DNA from: an uncultured delta proteobacterium
Lineage (GTDB): Bacteria; Desulfobacterota; WTBG01
DNA length: 64,000 bases
Reading direction: 5' to 3'
Assembly (NCBI GenBank): GCA_963793865.1
Contig: CAWCBP010000001.1
Location: 896,001 to 960,000 of the forward strand
Below, piece after piece: positions 28,715-38,812 of this stretch. The number at the start of each line of letters is the position of its first letter. Within the stretch, counting starts at the first letter, position 1. The notes below the pieces were generated by a model. The model did no database searches, was not told the origin of the DNA, and saw only the letters and a list, made by a program, of their open reading frames with translations. Both the position numbers and the translations under genes were made by a program.

Positions 28715-29272
28715 ATGAGTGAAATGCTCGTTCAGGAAACGAAGGAACACATGGAGAAAACCATTCAGGTCCTGCACAAGGATTTAAGCAGGGTGCGTAC
28801 CGGGCGGGCATCGCTGAGCCTGCTTGACGGGATAAAGGTGGATTATTACGGCACGCTCACGCCGATCAACCAGGTGGCGACGCTCTCCATTCCTGAAAGC
28901 AGGCTGATTGCCATACAGCCCTGGGACACCACCGTCATTCCCGAAATCGAGAAGGCCATCCTCAAATCAGAGCTGGGCCTCAATCCCATGAATGACGGCA
29001 AGATAATCCGCATAACCATTCCCAACCTTTCTGAAGAACGCAGAAAGGAGCTGGTAAAAGTGGTAAAGAAAATTGTTGAAGAAGCCAAGGTCACCTTGCG
29101 CAATCACCGCAGGTCCTCCAATGAGGGGCTGAAGGAGCTGAAAAAGGAGAAAGGCCTTTCGGAGGATGATTATTTCAAACGGCATGATGAAATCCAGAAA
29201 ATTACCGACGGGTATATTGCCCTGTGCGATAAGATATCAGGAGAAAAAGAGAAGGAAATTCTTGAATTTTGA
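28715..29272 (+). CDS. frr: Ribosome recycling factor
   Basis: [22 protein letters not shown]. Confidence 0.96.
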   Translation: MSEMLVQETKEHMEKTIQVLHKDLSRVRTGRASLSLLDGIKVDYYGTLTPINQVATLSIPESRLIAIQPWDTTVIPEIEKAILKSELGLNPMNDGKIIRITIPNLSEERRKELVKVVKKIVEEAKVTLRNHRRSSNEGLKELKKEKGLSEDDYFKRHDEIQKITDGYIALCDKISGEKEKEILEF

Positions 29273-29321
29273 CCGTACGCAATAACCCAACCCCATTTTC
29301 GAGTGCAAAGGAGGTGATTTT

Positions 29322-29492
29322 GTGGCTTTTAAAATAACCGATGAATGCGTCGCATGCGGAACCTGTGCTGAAGAGTGCCCCTCAGATGCCATCCATGAAG
29401 GTGATGACATTTATGAAATCAACCAGGATGAGTGCACTGAATGCGGTACCTGTAAAGACGTTTGTCCCACGGAGGCAATTATTGAGGAATGA
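29322..29492 (+). CDS. fdx: 2[4Fe-4S] clostridial-type ferredoxin (56 aa, not in ORF track)
   Basis: GTG start after GGAGGTG; MAFKITDECVACGTCAEECPSDAIHEGDDIYEINQDECTECGTCKDVCPTEAIIEE*; two CxxCxxCxxxCP motifs. Confidence 0.93.
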   Translation: MAFKITDECVACGTCAEECPSDAIHEGDDIYEINQDECTECGTCKDVCPTEAIIEE

Positions 29493-29499
29493 GGTTATG

Positions 29500-29529
29500 G
29501 TGCCGAGGCCAGCCTCGGCACTTCCTTTT
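29500..29529 (+). terminator. Intrinsic terminator after frr-fdx
   Basis: GTGCCGAGG-ccag-CCTCGGCAC followed by TTCCTTTT. Confidence 0.65.
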
Positions 29530-29715
29530 CCCCTCGTCCATCTTCCTGATCTTCATGCCAGTTGACGGGATAGAGCCGGTATGCACCAATGTATCCGTCC
29601 AGTGACGCTATGAGCGTCAGCCGTTTGGTTGGCGCTCTATAGCAATACATCTTGCCTTACTTCCTTCTCTGTAAACCGTCATGATTGCTACCGCTGCCGA
29701 CAGCATCCCTGACGG

Positions 29716-30468
29716 ATGACGCAGGCGGAAACTATGGACACAAGCAATGTGCCGAAGCACATAGCCATCATCATGGATGGTAACGGACGCTGGGCTGAAA
29801 AACGGTCGCTCAACCGCATTGCCGGACATCGCATGGGCATCAAGCGGGCAAAAGAGATCATCCGCGCCTGCAGGGAACTGGGCATTCAGGTGCTTACCCT
29901 CTACGCCTTCTCCACCGAAAACTGGAACAGACCGCGGCGCGAAATAAGCACCCTCATGTCCCTTTTGAAACGCTTTCTTGCAGCTGAAGGCAGAACACTA
30001 ATCAAAAACAACATCCGCCTTAATGCCATCGGCGCACTGGAAGACCTTCCCGGGGACGTGCGCGATGTTCTGAACGACGTGATGCAGCAGTCGCGCCGCA
30101 ATACCGGCATGGTGCTCAATGCCGCTCTCAGTTACAGCGGAAGAAACGAGATCCTGCAGGCGGTTAAAAATATCTGCCGGGGGGTTTCGGCAGGCAGCGT
30201 TGATCCTTCGCAGATTGACGAAACATTGTTTTCCGATCATCTTTACACCGCCGGTCTGCCCGATCCCGATCTGCTCATCAGAACCAGCGGCGAATACCGG
30301 ATCAGCAATTTTCTTCTCTGGCAGACCGCGTATACCGAGCTGTACATCACCGGAACCCTGTGGCCGGACTTTACAAAGAAGGACTTGCAGCGCGCCATTG
30401 CCGATTACGGCAAACGGGAGAGACGGTTCGGGCTGACGAGACAGCAAATCCAAAAACAGACAGGCTGA
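29716..30468 (+). CDS. uppS: Undecaprenyl diphosphate synthase
   Basis: HIAIIMDGNGRWA, YAFSTENW.RP, DLLIRTSGEYRISNFLLWQ. Confidence 0.96.
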   Translation: MTQAETMDTSNVPKHIAIIMDGNGRWAEKRSLNRIAGHRMGIKRAKEIIRACRELGIQVLTLYAFSTENWNRPRREISTLMSLLKRFLAAEGRTLIKNNIRLNAIGALEDLPGDVRDVLNDVMQQSRRNTGMVLNAALSYSGRNEILQAVKNICRGVSAGSVDPSQIDETLFSDHLYTAGLPDPDLLIRTSGEYRISNFLLWQTAYTELYITGTLWPDFTKKDLQRAIADYGKRERRFGLTRQQIQKQTG

Positions 30469-30563
30469 AACTACGAATAGCCTGCCGCTGTCGACAGCAG
30501 CGGCTTCATCCCGGCGGGCGGCAAACCGTCGCAATCCACAGTAATCGGCATCTGGCTCATACC

Positions 30564-31400
30564 GTGCTGCGCAAAAGGATCATAACCGCGCTTATAGGCA
30601 TCCCTCTCCTCGTTGTCGCAATTCAGCGGGGCGGAGAGGCCCTCTTTTTATGCATTGTCATGATAACCGCCGCAGCCGCACTGATGGAGCTGTTCAGCAT
30701 GACATCAACCCGGCCGTCTCTTGTTAAATGGACATCCCTGGCCGCCGGGCTATTTATTATCCTGCTGATCGGGCAGTACCGGCACGTGCTCATCTTTGAA
30801 GGCGCGCAGCATCAGGGCAGCCCTATCAGCCTGCTGCTGACCATGCCCACGCTGACTGTCTTTGCCCTGCTGCTCTTCCTGTATGCCGCATATCCCCGGG
30901 ATACGCTACTGATCAGGCAGCCCTTCGTCACCGTTCTGGGGGTTCTTTACATTTCGTTGTTTTTATCGTATCTTGTGCTGCTCTATGCCGGACAGAATGG
31001 CAGGAAATGGATCTTCTTTCTGCTGATTGTTTTGTGGTGCACTGATATCGGCGCCTATGCCGTCGGGCGCATATGGGGCCGGCACAGGCTTTCACCTCTG
31101 GTCAGTCCGCACAAAACAATTGAGGGCGCTGTCGGCGGACTCATCTTCAGTCTCGTGGCGGCAGTCATATTAAAAAAGCTGCTTTTAGAAGACCTGGGGC
31201 TTGCCCAGGCGGCGGTACTTTCTTTCGTCATTGCCGTGCCGGGACAGGCAGGTGACCTGTGCGAATCGGCGCTTAAGCGGTACTTCGGGGTGAAGGATTC
31301 CGGAACGATGCTGCCCGGGCACGGCGGAATGCTTGACCGCATTGACAGTCTTCTTTTTGCGGCGCCCCTGACATATTATTGTAAAATGCTGATCGCGTAG
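30564..31400 (+). CDS. cdsA: Phosphatidate cytidylyltransferase
   Basis: LRKRIITAL, DIGAY..G, SPHKTIEG, GDLCES.LKR..GVKDSG..LPGHGG.LDRIDS; start taken at GTG 30564. Confidence 0.93.
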   Translation: MLRKRIITALIGIPLLVVAIQRGGEALFLCIVMITAAAALMELFSMTSTRPSLVKWTSLAAGLFIILLIGQYRHVLIFEGAQHQGSPISLLLTMPTLTVFALLLFLYAAYPRDTLLIRQPFVTVLGVLYISLFLSYLVLLYAGQNGRKWIFFLLIVLWCTDIGAYAVGRIWGRHRLSPLVSPHKTIEGAVGGLIFSLVAAVILKKLLLEDLGLAQAAVLSFVIAVPGQAGDLCESALKRYFGVKDSGTMLPGHGGMLDRIDSLLFAAPLTYYCKMLIA

Positions 31401-31452
31401 ATCCAGCGCGCACCATGTGCTGAGCGTTCCAACGCTTCCGGGGTCCTGACGG

Positions 31453-32613
31453 ATGAAACACATATCGCTGCTCGGCTCGACAGGTTCAATCGGCGTCAAT
31501 ACCCTTGAGGTGATCCGCCGCTTTCCGGACCGCTTTTCCGTCTGTGCCCTTGCCGCAGGCACAAACCTTGATCTTCTCAGGAAACAGATTGTTGAGTTTA
31601 AACCCCGCCAGGTTTCAGTGCTCAATCAGGCCCTGGCGCGTGACTTAAGAAAAATGCTCCCCGGAAAGCGAAAGCCGGACATTATCCATGGCCGGGAGGG
31701 ACCCGAGACCATCGCCTGCGCCGGGGAGGCTGACATGGTTGTGTCCGCGATTGTCGGGGCTGCCGGCTTGGTCCCGACCTTAAAGGCCATTACCAGCGGC
31801 AAGCAGGTGGCGCTGGCGAATAAGGAGACCCTGGTAATGGCGGGCAAGCTGATCATGAGGGAAGCACGGAAGCACAGGGTTGCCATCATTCCCGTTGACA
31901 GCGAGCACAGCGCTCTTTTTCAGCTTCTGCGGGGGAGAAACAGCGCACAGACCAAGGCAGTCATTCTCACGGCGTCCGGCGGGCCATTCCTGAAGTTCAC
32001 CGTGCAGCAGCTTGCCCGGGTGAGGCCCGAACACGCTCTCAGGCATCCCAACTGGAAAATGGGGAAAAAAGTCACCGTTGATTCGGCGACGCTCATGAAC
32101 AAGGGGCTGGAAGTGATTGAGGCCAGATGGCTTTTTAACATGCCCCTCGAGAAAATACGGGTGTACGTGCATCCCCAGAGCATTGTTCACGCCATGGTTG
32201 AGCTGCGCGACGGCAATGTGCTTGCCCATTTATCAAATCCTGACATGAGAGGTCCGATCGGTCATGCACTCTTTTATCCCGACAGCATGCCTGATCACCT
32301 GCCGTCGGTCAACCTGGCCCGGATCGGGACCCTGCAATTTTGTGACCCGGATGTAAAAAAATTTCGCTGTCTGCGGCTTGCCTATCTCGCGCTTGAGGCG
32401 GGAGAAACCATGCCCGCGGTTTTAAATGCCGCCAATGAGGTGGCGGTCAATGCCTTCCTGAGCCGCCGCATACGCTTTACCGACATACCCGTGGTCAACG
32501 AGAAAACCATGGACCGGTTTAAACCCGCCGCAATACATTCCATCGATGACGTATTGACGGCTGATGCCTGGGCACGGCAAAAGGCGGGAGAGGTGATTTT
32601 GAGCCTCAACTGA
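31453..32613 (+). CDS. dxr: 1-deoxy-D-xylulose 5-phosphate reductoisomerase
   Basis: LGSTGSIG, LANKE, PVDSEH, HPNWKMG, NKGLEVIEA. Confidence 0.97.
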   Translation: MKHISLLGSTGSIGVNTLEVIRRFPDRFSVCALAAGTNLDLLRKQIVEFKPRQVSVLNQALARDLRKMLPGKRKPDIIHGREGPETIACAGEADMVVSAIVGAAGLVPTLKAITSGKQVALANKETLVMAGKLIMREARKHRVAIIPVDSEHSALFQLLRGRNSAQTKAVILTASGGPFLKFTVQQLARVRPEHALRHPNWKMGKKVTVDSATLMNKGLEVIEARWLFNMPLEKIRVYVHPQSIVHAMVELRDGNVLAHLSNPDMRGPIGHALFYPDSMPDHLPSVNLARIGTLQFCDPDVKKFRCLRLAYLALEAGETMPAVLNAANEVAVNAFLSRRIRFTDIPVVNEKTMDRFKPAAIHSIDDVLTADAWARQKAGEVILSLN

Positions 32614-32667
32614 AGGGGCAGCCATACCCACTGCCTCCGGTGAACCAAAACCAGAGATGAGGATGTG

Positions 32668-34203
32668 ATGATAACCTTGCTGTCGTTCATTATCGTAATC
32701 GGGATACTTATTTTTGTGCATGAATTCGGCCATTTTATCGTGGCCAAAAAAACCGGGGTTACGGTTGAGAAATTTTCGCTGGGCTTCGGGCCGAAGCTGA
32801 TCGGCTTTGAGAGGGGGGGCACGCAGTACATGCTCTCCGCCGTACCGCTGGGCGGGTATGTAAAATTGAAGGGCGAGAACCCGGATGAAGGCCTGACCAG
32901 CGATCCCGGTGAATTCGGTTCGCGCAGCGTCGGGGTGCGGGCAGCAATCGTTGCGGCCGGTCCCTTTATGAACTTTGTGCTTTCCTTCCTGATCATGCCT
33001 TTTGTTTTTCTGATCGGCATTCAGGTTCCCACCTATTTAAATGAAAAGCCGGTTGTGCAGTGGGTTGCTCATAATTCACCCTCCGGGCAGGCCGGTTTGC
33101 AAAAAGGCGATGAGATTCTTGCCGTCGATAACGAGAGGGTCGATAGCTGGAAGATGTTTAACGCGCTGACGCAGATAAATCCCGAAAAGTCAGTTCGGAT
33201 ACAATTCATCCGGGACGGCCGCACCGGGGAAATAACCATACCGCCCTCTCAGACGGCGGAACCGGGCGGTTTGGGAGTGTTTCATTACATTCCGCCCAGG
33301 GTTGCAGCTGTCGTGCCGGATTCGCCGGCCAGCCGCGCCGGCTTGCAGTCTGAAGACGTCGTCGAGGCGATTGACGGGTCTCCGGTCAGCCATTGGATTG
33401 AGCTGTCCGATGCCATAAGGAACTTTACCGGGAACGAGTTGTCACTGGTCATCAGGAGAAATGAGCAGCGCCTGGTTTTTTCCCTGCAGCCGGAGATGGT
33501 GGTGGATGAGATTACAAAGAATTCCCCGGCCGAGGAATCCCGGGTGCAGGTCGGCGACAGGATAGCATCCATAAACGGGAAGGACCCTTCCCGGTATAAG
33601 GATGCACTGCTGCGCGGAATGTTTCCCGCAGATGAGAAAAAGCTTGATCTGAACATTATAAGGGACGGGAGCCGCACGGACATGAGTATTCCGTTGCCGG
33701 CTTCGGGAGACAGCGGCTTGCGGGTGACCGGAAAAATCGGCATCGTGCCGGCTGAGAATCTCACCTTCAAGCGCTATGGCCCCCTTTCCGCCATAAAAGA
33801 AGGATTTAAACAGGCATGGGAAATGACCACGCTGACCGTCTGGGCGCTCGGCAAACTGCTGTCGCTTGACGTTTCCTTCAAGACACTGGGCGGGCCGATC
33901 ATGATCGCAAAAATGACCGGGACCGCCGCAAAGTCCGGGCTGGCCTCCCTGATCATTTTTACCGCCTTCCTGAGCATGAACTTGAGCATTTTAAACCTTT
34001 TGCCGGTTCCCATTCTGGATGGGGGTCACCTCCTCTTTTTCCTTATCGAGTTCATCATCAGGAGGCCGCTCGGGACCAAAAGCATGGAACTGGCACAGAA
34101 GGTGGGACTGGTGCTGCTGATAGTGCTCCTCATCACGGTCACCTATAACGACATTCTCAGGGCGCTGCCTCAAAAATATATTGACTTTTTGCCATGGAAG
34201 TAG
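32668..34203 (+). CDS. rseP: RIP metalloprotease RseP with three PDZ-like segments
   Basis: HEFGH, PLGGYVK, NLLPVPILDGG; three SP(A/S)..AG/RV..GD PDZ signatures. Confidence 0.93.
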   Translation: MITLLSFIIVIGILIFVHEFGHFIVAKKTGVTVEKFSLGFGPKLIGFERGGTQYMLSAVPLGGYVKLKGENPDEGLTSDPGEFGSRSVGVRAAIVAAGPFMNFVLSFLIMPFVFLIGIQVPTYLNEKPVVQWVAHNSPSGQAGLQKGDEILAVDNERVDSWKMFNALTQINPEKSVRIQFIRDGRTGEITIPPSQTAEPGGLGVFHYIPPRVAAVVPDSPASRAGLQSEDVVEAIDGSPVSHWIELSDAIRNFTGNELSLVIRRNEQRLVFSLQPEMVVDEITKNSPAEESRVQVGDRIASINGKDPSRYKDALLRGMFPADEKKLDLNIIRDGSRTDMSIPLPASGDSGLRVTGKIGIVPAENLTFKRYGPLSAIKEGFKQAWEMTTLTVWALGKLLSLDVSFKTLGGPIMIAKMTGTAAKSGLASLIIFTAFLSMNLSILNLLPVPILDGGHLLFFLIEFIIRRPLGTKSMELAQKVGLVLLIVLLITVTYNDILRALPQKYIDFLPWK

Positions 34204-34252
34204 CCGGCGGGGACTGAAGCGGGAGTATCACAACCGCACCGCTCACACAGCG

Positions 34253-34283
34253 AGGCCTTGCACCCTTACGTGCGGGGCCTTTT
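34253..34283 (+). terminator. Putative intrinsic terminator after rseP
   Basis: AGGCCTTGCAC-ccttac-GTGCGGGGCCT-TTT with G-U pairs. Confidence 0.5.
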
Positions 34284-34334
34284 ACCTGACAGGACTGCCC
34301 GGTTCTCTCAGGCTCTGCAAAGGAAATCACCGGC

Positions 34335-35015
34335 ATGATGGTACTGGCGCTCGAAACCTCCACCCGCATGGGAAGCATAGCGCTTTTGTCGGAGGGGGGG
34401 CTCATTGCTGAATATCAGCTCGGGATCATCCCGTCATATTCTGAAATGCTGCTTCCCCTCATTGACCAGGTTTTGCGCGACTCGGGCATCACCATGAAAG
34501 CCATCGATATCTTTGCCGTTGCGCAGGGACCGGGATCATTTACCGCTTTGCGAATGGGCATGAGCGTCATTTTGGGCTTGTCAATTGCCACACAAAAGCA
34601 TATCATTCCCATTCCGTCACTCGATGGACTCGCCTATAATGCCGGAGCCTGCCAGCATTTGATTTGCCCGATGCTTGACGCGCGAAGGGGCGAAGTCTAT
34701 TACGCCCTGTATCACCAGGGCAGCGGGCACATGCTCAAGCGGCTTACCCCCTACCGGGTTGCAGCGCCCGAAAGAATCGTGCAGGCAATAGAAGACAAAG
34801 CCGTTTTGCTGGGAGACGGTTTCATGCTCCATCGGGACCTTTTTGTGACCGCTCTTCAGGAACGGGCGGTTGTGGCCCCCGAGCATCTTCACTATCCGCG
34901 CGCGTCCGCGATCGGCGCACTTGCCATGCAGCGATTCCGGGAGCACCCTTCCGAGGCACGCTGCCAGCGCGTCATGCCGCTTTACGTCAGGCCTCCCGCT
35001 GCCGAGGCAAAATGA
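34335..35015 (+). CDS. tsaB: t6A biosynthesis protein TsaB
   Basis: LALETST, GPGSFTALR.G, DARRGEVY, PLYVRPP.AE. Confidence 0.92.
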   Translation: MMVLALETSTRMGSIALLSEGGLIAEYQLGIIPSYSEMLLPLIDQVLRDSGITMKAIDIFAVAQGPGSFTALRMGMSVILGLSIATQKHIIPIPSLDGLAYNAGACQHLICPMLDARRGEVYYALYHQGSGHMLKRLTPYRVAAPERIVQAIEDKAVLLGDGFMLHRDLFVTALQERAVVAPEHLHYPRASAIGALAMQRFREHPSEARCQRVMPLYVRPPAAEAK

Positions 35016-35034
35016 CAAAAAGCAAGATAGTGTA

Positions 35035-35063
35035 TTGACATCTTCCCAAGGCTCTATTAGTAT
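35035..35063 (+). promoter_or_regulatory. Putative sigma70 promoter for the DUF465-ilv operon
   Basis: TTGACA-N17-TAGTAT. Confidence 0.6.
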
Positions 35064-35115
35064 TCATTATTTATAACGAATCAGAAAACATTGCTAGGTA
35101 AGGGGCGTGACGGGC

Positions 35116-35343
35116 ATGGAGGATAAGGACCGGATTCTCATCGAGAAGCACATTGAGCAAGATGAAGAATTGAAAAAGCAAGTCCTTGAGCACCGGCTGT
35201 TTGAAAAGCAGCTGGAAGAGCTTGAGGGTAAGCATTTTTTGACGGCTGATGAAGAGCTGCAGCAGAAAAGGATAAAAAAACTCAAGCTCGCGGGAAGGGA
35301 TAAGATCGAGTCTATCTTAAAGAAATATCGGGATGGGGACTGA
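35116..35343 (+). CDS. DUF465 (YdcH-like) protein
   Basis: EH..FEKQL.EL..K.FLT..EE...KRIKKLKLAGRD.I..IL. Confidence 0.8.
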   Translation: MEDKDRILIEKHIEQDEELKKQVLEHRLFEKQLEELEGKHFLTADEELQQKRIKKLKLAGRDKIESILKKYRDGD

Positions 35344-35355
35344 CAGGCGCAGGAC

Positions 35356-37043
35356 ATGAAGAAATACAGCGGGGCCCAGATACTTTTTGAATGTTTGAAG
35401 CGTGAAGCTGTAACCGATATTTTCGGTTTTCCCGGCGGTGCCGTACTCGACGTGTACCACGAACTTCCCAATTATCCCCTGCGGCACATACTGGTCCGCC
35501 ACGAGCAGGGCGCGGTTCACGCCGCTGATGGATATGCGCGGTCATCCGGCAGACCGGGTGTGTGCCTGGTTACCTCGGGGCCCGGAGCAACCAACACGGT
35601 AACGGGAATAGCCACGGCATACATGGATTCAATCCCTCTGGTTGTTTTCACGGGGCAGGTTCCCACCATGCTGATCGGTAACGATGCCTTCCAGGAGGCT
35701 GACATCGTCGGCATCACGCTCCCCTGTACCAAGCACAGCTACCTGGTGGAACGGGTTGAAGATCTGGCCACAACCATTAAAGAGGCCTTCCATATTGCGT
35801 GCAGCGGGAGACCCGGGCCGGTTCTCATTGACCTGCCCAAAAACATGCTCAGGTCAACAACCTCATTTACCTATCCGGACCGGGTCAGTCTGCCCGGATA
35901 CAACCCCAACATTTCAGGTCACATCAAACAGGTCAGGCGGGCCTTTGATGAGATTACCCGTGCCGTCAGGCCGGTCATTTATGCCGGAGGGGGCGTCATA
36001 TCTTCGGACGCCTCGAAGGAGCTGACCGCCTTCGCTCACGCCCTGCGCATACCGGTGACCACCACCCTCATGGGATTGGGAGGATTCCCCGGAACCGACC
36101 CGCTTTTTTAGGAATGCTGGGCATGCACGGCACATACAGCGCCAACATGGCCGTTACCAACTGTGATGTGCTGATAGCCGTGGGCGCCCGTTTCGATGAC
36201 CGCGTGACCGGCGACATCAGTAAATTTGCCTCCCATGCCAAAATTGTTCACATTGATATTGATCCCACCTCCATCAGCAAGAACGTGCAGGTGGACATAC
36301 CCATTGTCGGGGATGCAAAGGATATTCTCAAAAAACTGCTCGCGCTTGCGGAGGAAGAGAAGCAGCGTGATTATCAGTCCGGGACAAAAGACTGGTTGGC
36401 TCAAATTGAGACGTGGCAGTCCACCCACGGCATGTCCTACGAAAAAGGCGGATCCATCAAGCCGCAATGCGTGGTTGAGGAGATCTACCGGCTTACCAGG
36501 GGAAAGGCAATCATCACCACCGAGGTCGGGCAGAACCAGATGTGGACCGCCCAGTACTACAAGTTTGACTGGCCAAGAAAACTGCTCACCTCCGGGGGGC
36601 TGGGGACCATGGGCTACGGATTTCCTGCTGCCATCGGGGCCCAGGTGGCCTTTCCGCGCGAAACGGTCATCGACATCGCCGGGGACGGAAGCATACAGAT
36701 GAATATTCAGGAGCTTGCAACCGCGGTTCAATACAAGCTCCCGGTCAAGATTGCCATACTCAACAACTGCTATCTGGGCATGGTCCGGCAATGGCAGGAG
36801 CTGTTCTATAACAAAAACTATTCAGCGACCCACCTCTCCACCTCTCCTGATTTTGTCAAGCTGGCGGAGGCCTACGGCGCGGTCGGCTTGCGGGCCTCCA
36901 GGCCGGAAGAGGTTACGCCCACCATAAAAAAGGCACTGGCGACCCCTCACACCGTGGTTATCGATTTCCAGGTTGATCCGGAGGCGGGTGTCTATCCCAT
37001 CGTTCCCGCGGGCGCGTCGCTGGACAACATGATTCTGCTCTAA
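35356..37043 (+). CDS. ilvB: Acetolactate synthase large subunit, split by a 1-nt deletion in a T6 run at 36104-36109
   Basis: [38 protein letters not shown] becomes [11 protein letters not shown] with one extra [18 protein letters not shown]. Confidence 0.93.
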
Positions 37044-37055
37044 CGGGGAAGGCTG

Positions 37056-37580
37056 ATGAAGCATACCATCTCACTGCTGGTTGAAAACAAGCCCGGCGTT
37101 CTTTCACGGGTGGCGGGGCTCTTCAGCGGACGGGGATTTAACATTGAAAGCCTGTCGGTGGCCGAAACCATTGACCCCCATATTTCGCGCATGACCATTC
37201 TGACCTCGGGCAACGACCAGGTACTGGAGCAGATAACCAAACAGCTCAACAAGCTGATCAACGTCATCAAGGTGGTTGATTTCAAGAGCAATGAATATGT
37301 CGCCCGCGAACTTGCGCTGATCAAGGTCTCCATCACCGAAGGAACCCGGTCGGAGGTTTTGAGCATCGTCGGCATCTTCAGGGGCAAGGTTGTCGATGTC
37401 AGCGCCGAAAGCTATACCATCGAAATAACCGGTGACGAGGAAAAGGTGCAGGCCATTATTGATCTGTTCAGGCCCATGGGCATTAAGGAGATCGCGCGCA
37501 CCGGCTGTGCCGCGCTGACCCGGGGCAGCAAAATTAAAACCGGAAAGGATAAAAGCGGTTCGGCAGTTCGGGAAAAGTAA
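37056..37580 (+). CDS. ilvN: Acetolactate synthase small subunit
   Basis: LVENKPGVLSRVAGLFSGRGFNIESL, EIARTG. Confidence 0.95.
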   Translation: MKHTISLLVENKPGVLSRVAGLFSGRGFNIESLSVAETIDPHISRMTILTSGNDQVLEQITKQLNKLINVIKVVDFKSNEYVARELALIKVSITEGTRSEVLSIVGIFRGKVVDVSAESYTIEITGDEEKVQAIIDLFRPMGIKEIARTGCAALTRGSKIKTGKDKSGSAVREK

Positions 37581-37632
37581 CCGATAACCAGGCTCAGCCC
37601 CACGGGCGGGAGCGGAAGAGGAGGATGCAAAC

Positions 37633-38733
37633 ATGGCGGTTATTAATTTTGGCGGGGTTAAGGAAAAGGTGGTAATGCGCAGTGAATTTCCCATGGCCAG
37701 GGCGCGCAGGGTGCTCAAGAAGGAAACGGTGGCCGTTATCGGCTATGGCGTTCAGGGCCCTGCCCAGGCACTGAACATGAAAGACAACGGATTTAATGTC
37801 ATTGTCGGGCAGTCCAAGGCTTACAAGAAGGACTGGAACCGGGCCGTTCAGGACGGCTGGGTGCCGGGACGCACCCTCTTTGACATCGAAGAAGCGGCAC
37901 GCCGCGGAACCATTATTGAAATGCTTGTTTCCGACGCGGCCCAGAAGGCGATCTGGCCGGTTATCAAGAAGAATCTCAATCCGGGAGACGCCCTCTATTT
38001 TTCACACGGTTTTTCCATCGTCTATAAAAAACTGACGGGCGTGATACCGCCCAAATATGTTGATGTCATCATGGTTGCCCCCAAGGGGTCCGGCACCTCG
38101 CTTCGACGCAATTTTCTTTCCGGGGCGGGAATCAATGCCAGCTTCGCGGTTGAGCAGGACGCAACCGGTAAGGCCTGGGACCGCTGCGTTGCGCTGGGCA
38201 TCGCCATCGGCTCCGCCTATCTCTTTCCCACGACCTTCAAACATGAGGTGTACAGCGATTTGACCGGCGAGCGCGGCGTTCTCATGGGGGCGCTTGCAGG
38301 CATCATGGAGGCGCAATACGAGGTTTTCCGCAGGCACGGTCACAGTCCCAGCGAGGCGTTTAATGAAACGGTTGAGGAATTGACTCAGAGTCTGATAAAG
38401 CTGGTGGCTGAGAACGGCATGGACTGGATGTATCTCAACTGTTCCGCGACCGCTCAGCGGGGCGCGCTGGACTGGAAACCGAAATTCAAGAAAGCGGTCA
38501 TGCCCGTCTTTCAGGACCTGTACCGGAAGGTTATCCGGGGGGATGAAACACGCAGGGTGCTGACCTCGTGCGGAAAGCCGGATTACCAGCGGCAGCTGGC
38601 AAAAGAGTTACAGGCCATGGCCAACTCGGAAATGTGGCTGGCAGGCAAAGCGACGCGTGACCTGCGTCCTGCCGAAGAGAAGGGTGCCAGGCCCGGGACG
38701 AGAAAGGGCGTTGCCGGACGCCTGACCTATTAG
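37633..38733 (+). CDS. ilvC: Ketol-acid reductoisomerase (Bacteroidota/fungal Ilv5-like type)
   Basis: IGYGVQG, DGWVPG.TLF.IEEA, FSHGF, VAPKGSG, SDLTGERGVLMG. Confidence 0.92.
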   Translation: MAVINFGGVKEKVVMRSEFPMARARRVLKKETVAVIGYGVQGPAQALNMKDNGFNVIVGQSKAYKKDWNRAVQDGWVPGRTLFDIEEAARRGTIIEMLVSDAAQKAIWPVIKKNLNPGDALYFSHGFSIVYKKLTGVIPPKYVDVIMVAPKGSGTSLRRNFLSGAGINASFAVEQDATGKAWDRCVALGIAIGSAYLFPTTFKHEVYSDLTGERGVLMGALAGIMEAQYEVFRRHGHSPSEAFNETVEELTQSLIKLVAENGMDWMYLNCSATAQRGALDWKPKFKKAVMPVFQDLYRKVIRGDETRRVLTSCGKPDYQRQLAKELQAMANSEMWLAGKATRDLRPAEEKGARPGTRKGVAGRLTY

Positions 38734-38812
38734 ACTTCTGCGCGATGTCACAGCGCTGAAGGATGCTGTGTGGATGGCCATGTAAAGCTGACAGTCAAGG
38801 AGATCGTTGCCA

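Noticed and set aside
29341..29565. 74-aa ORF in the track after frr
   Set aside because: Off-frame shadow of the real ferredoxin at 29322-29492, which has an RBS and two CxxCxxCxxxCP motifs
36109..36111. TAG in ilvB as pyrrolysine or stop read-through
   Set aside because: The downstream half is in another frame, so read-through cannot restore the protein; a 1-nt indel does
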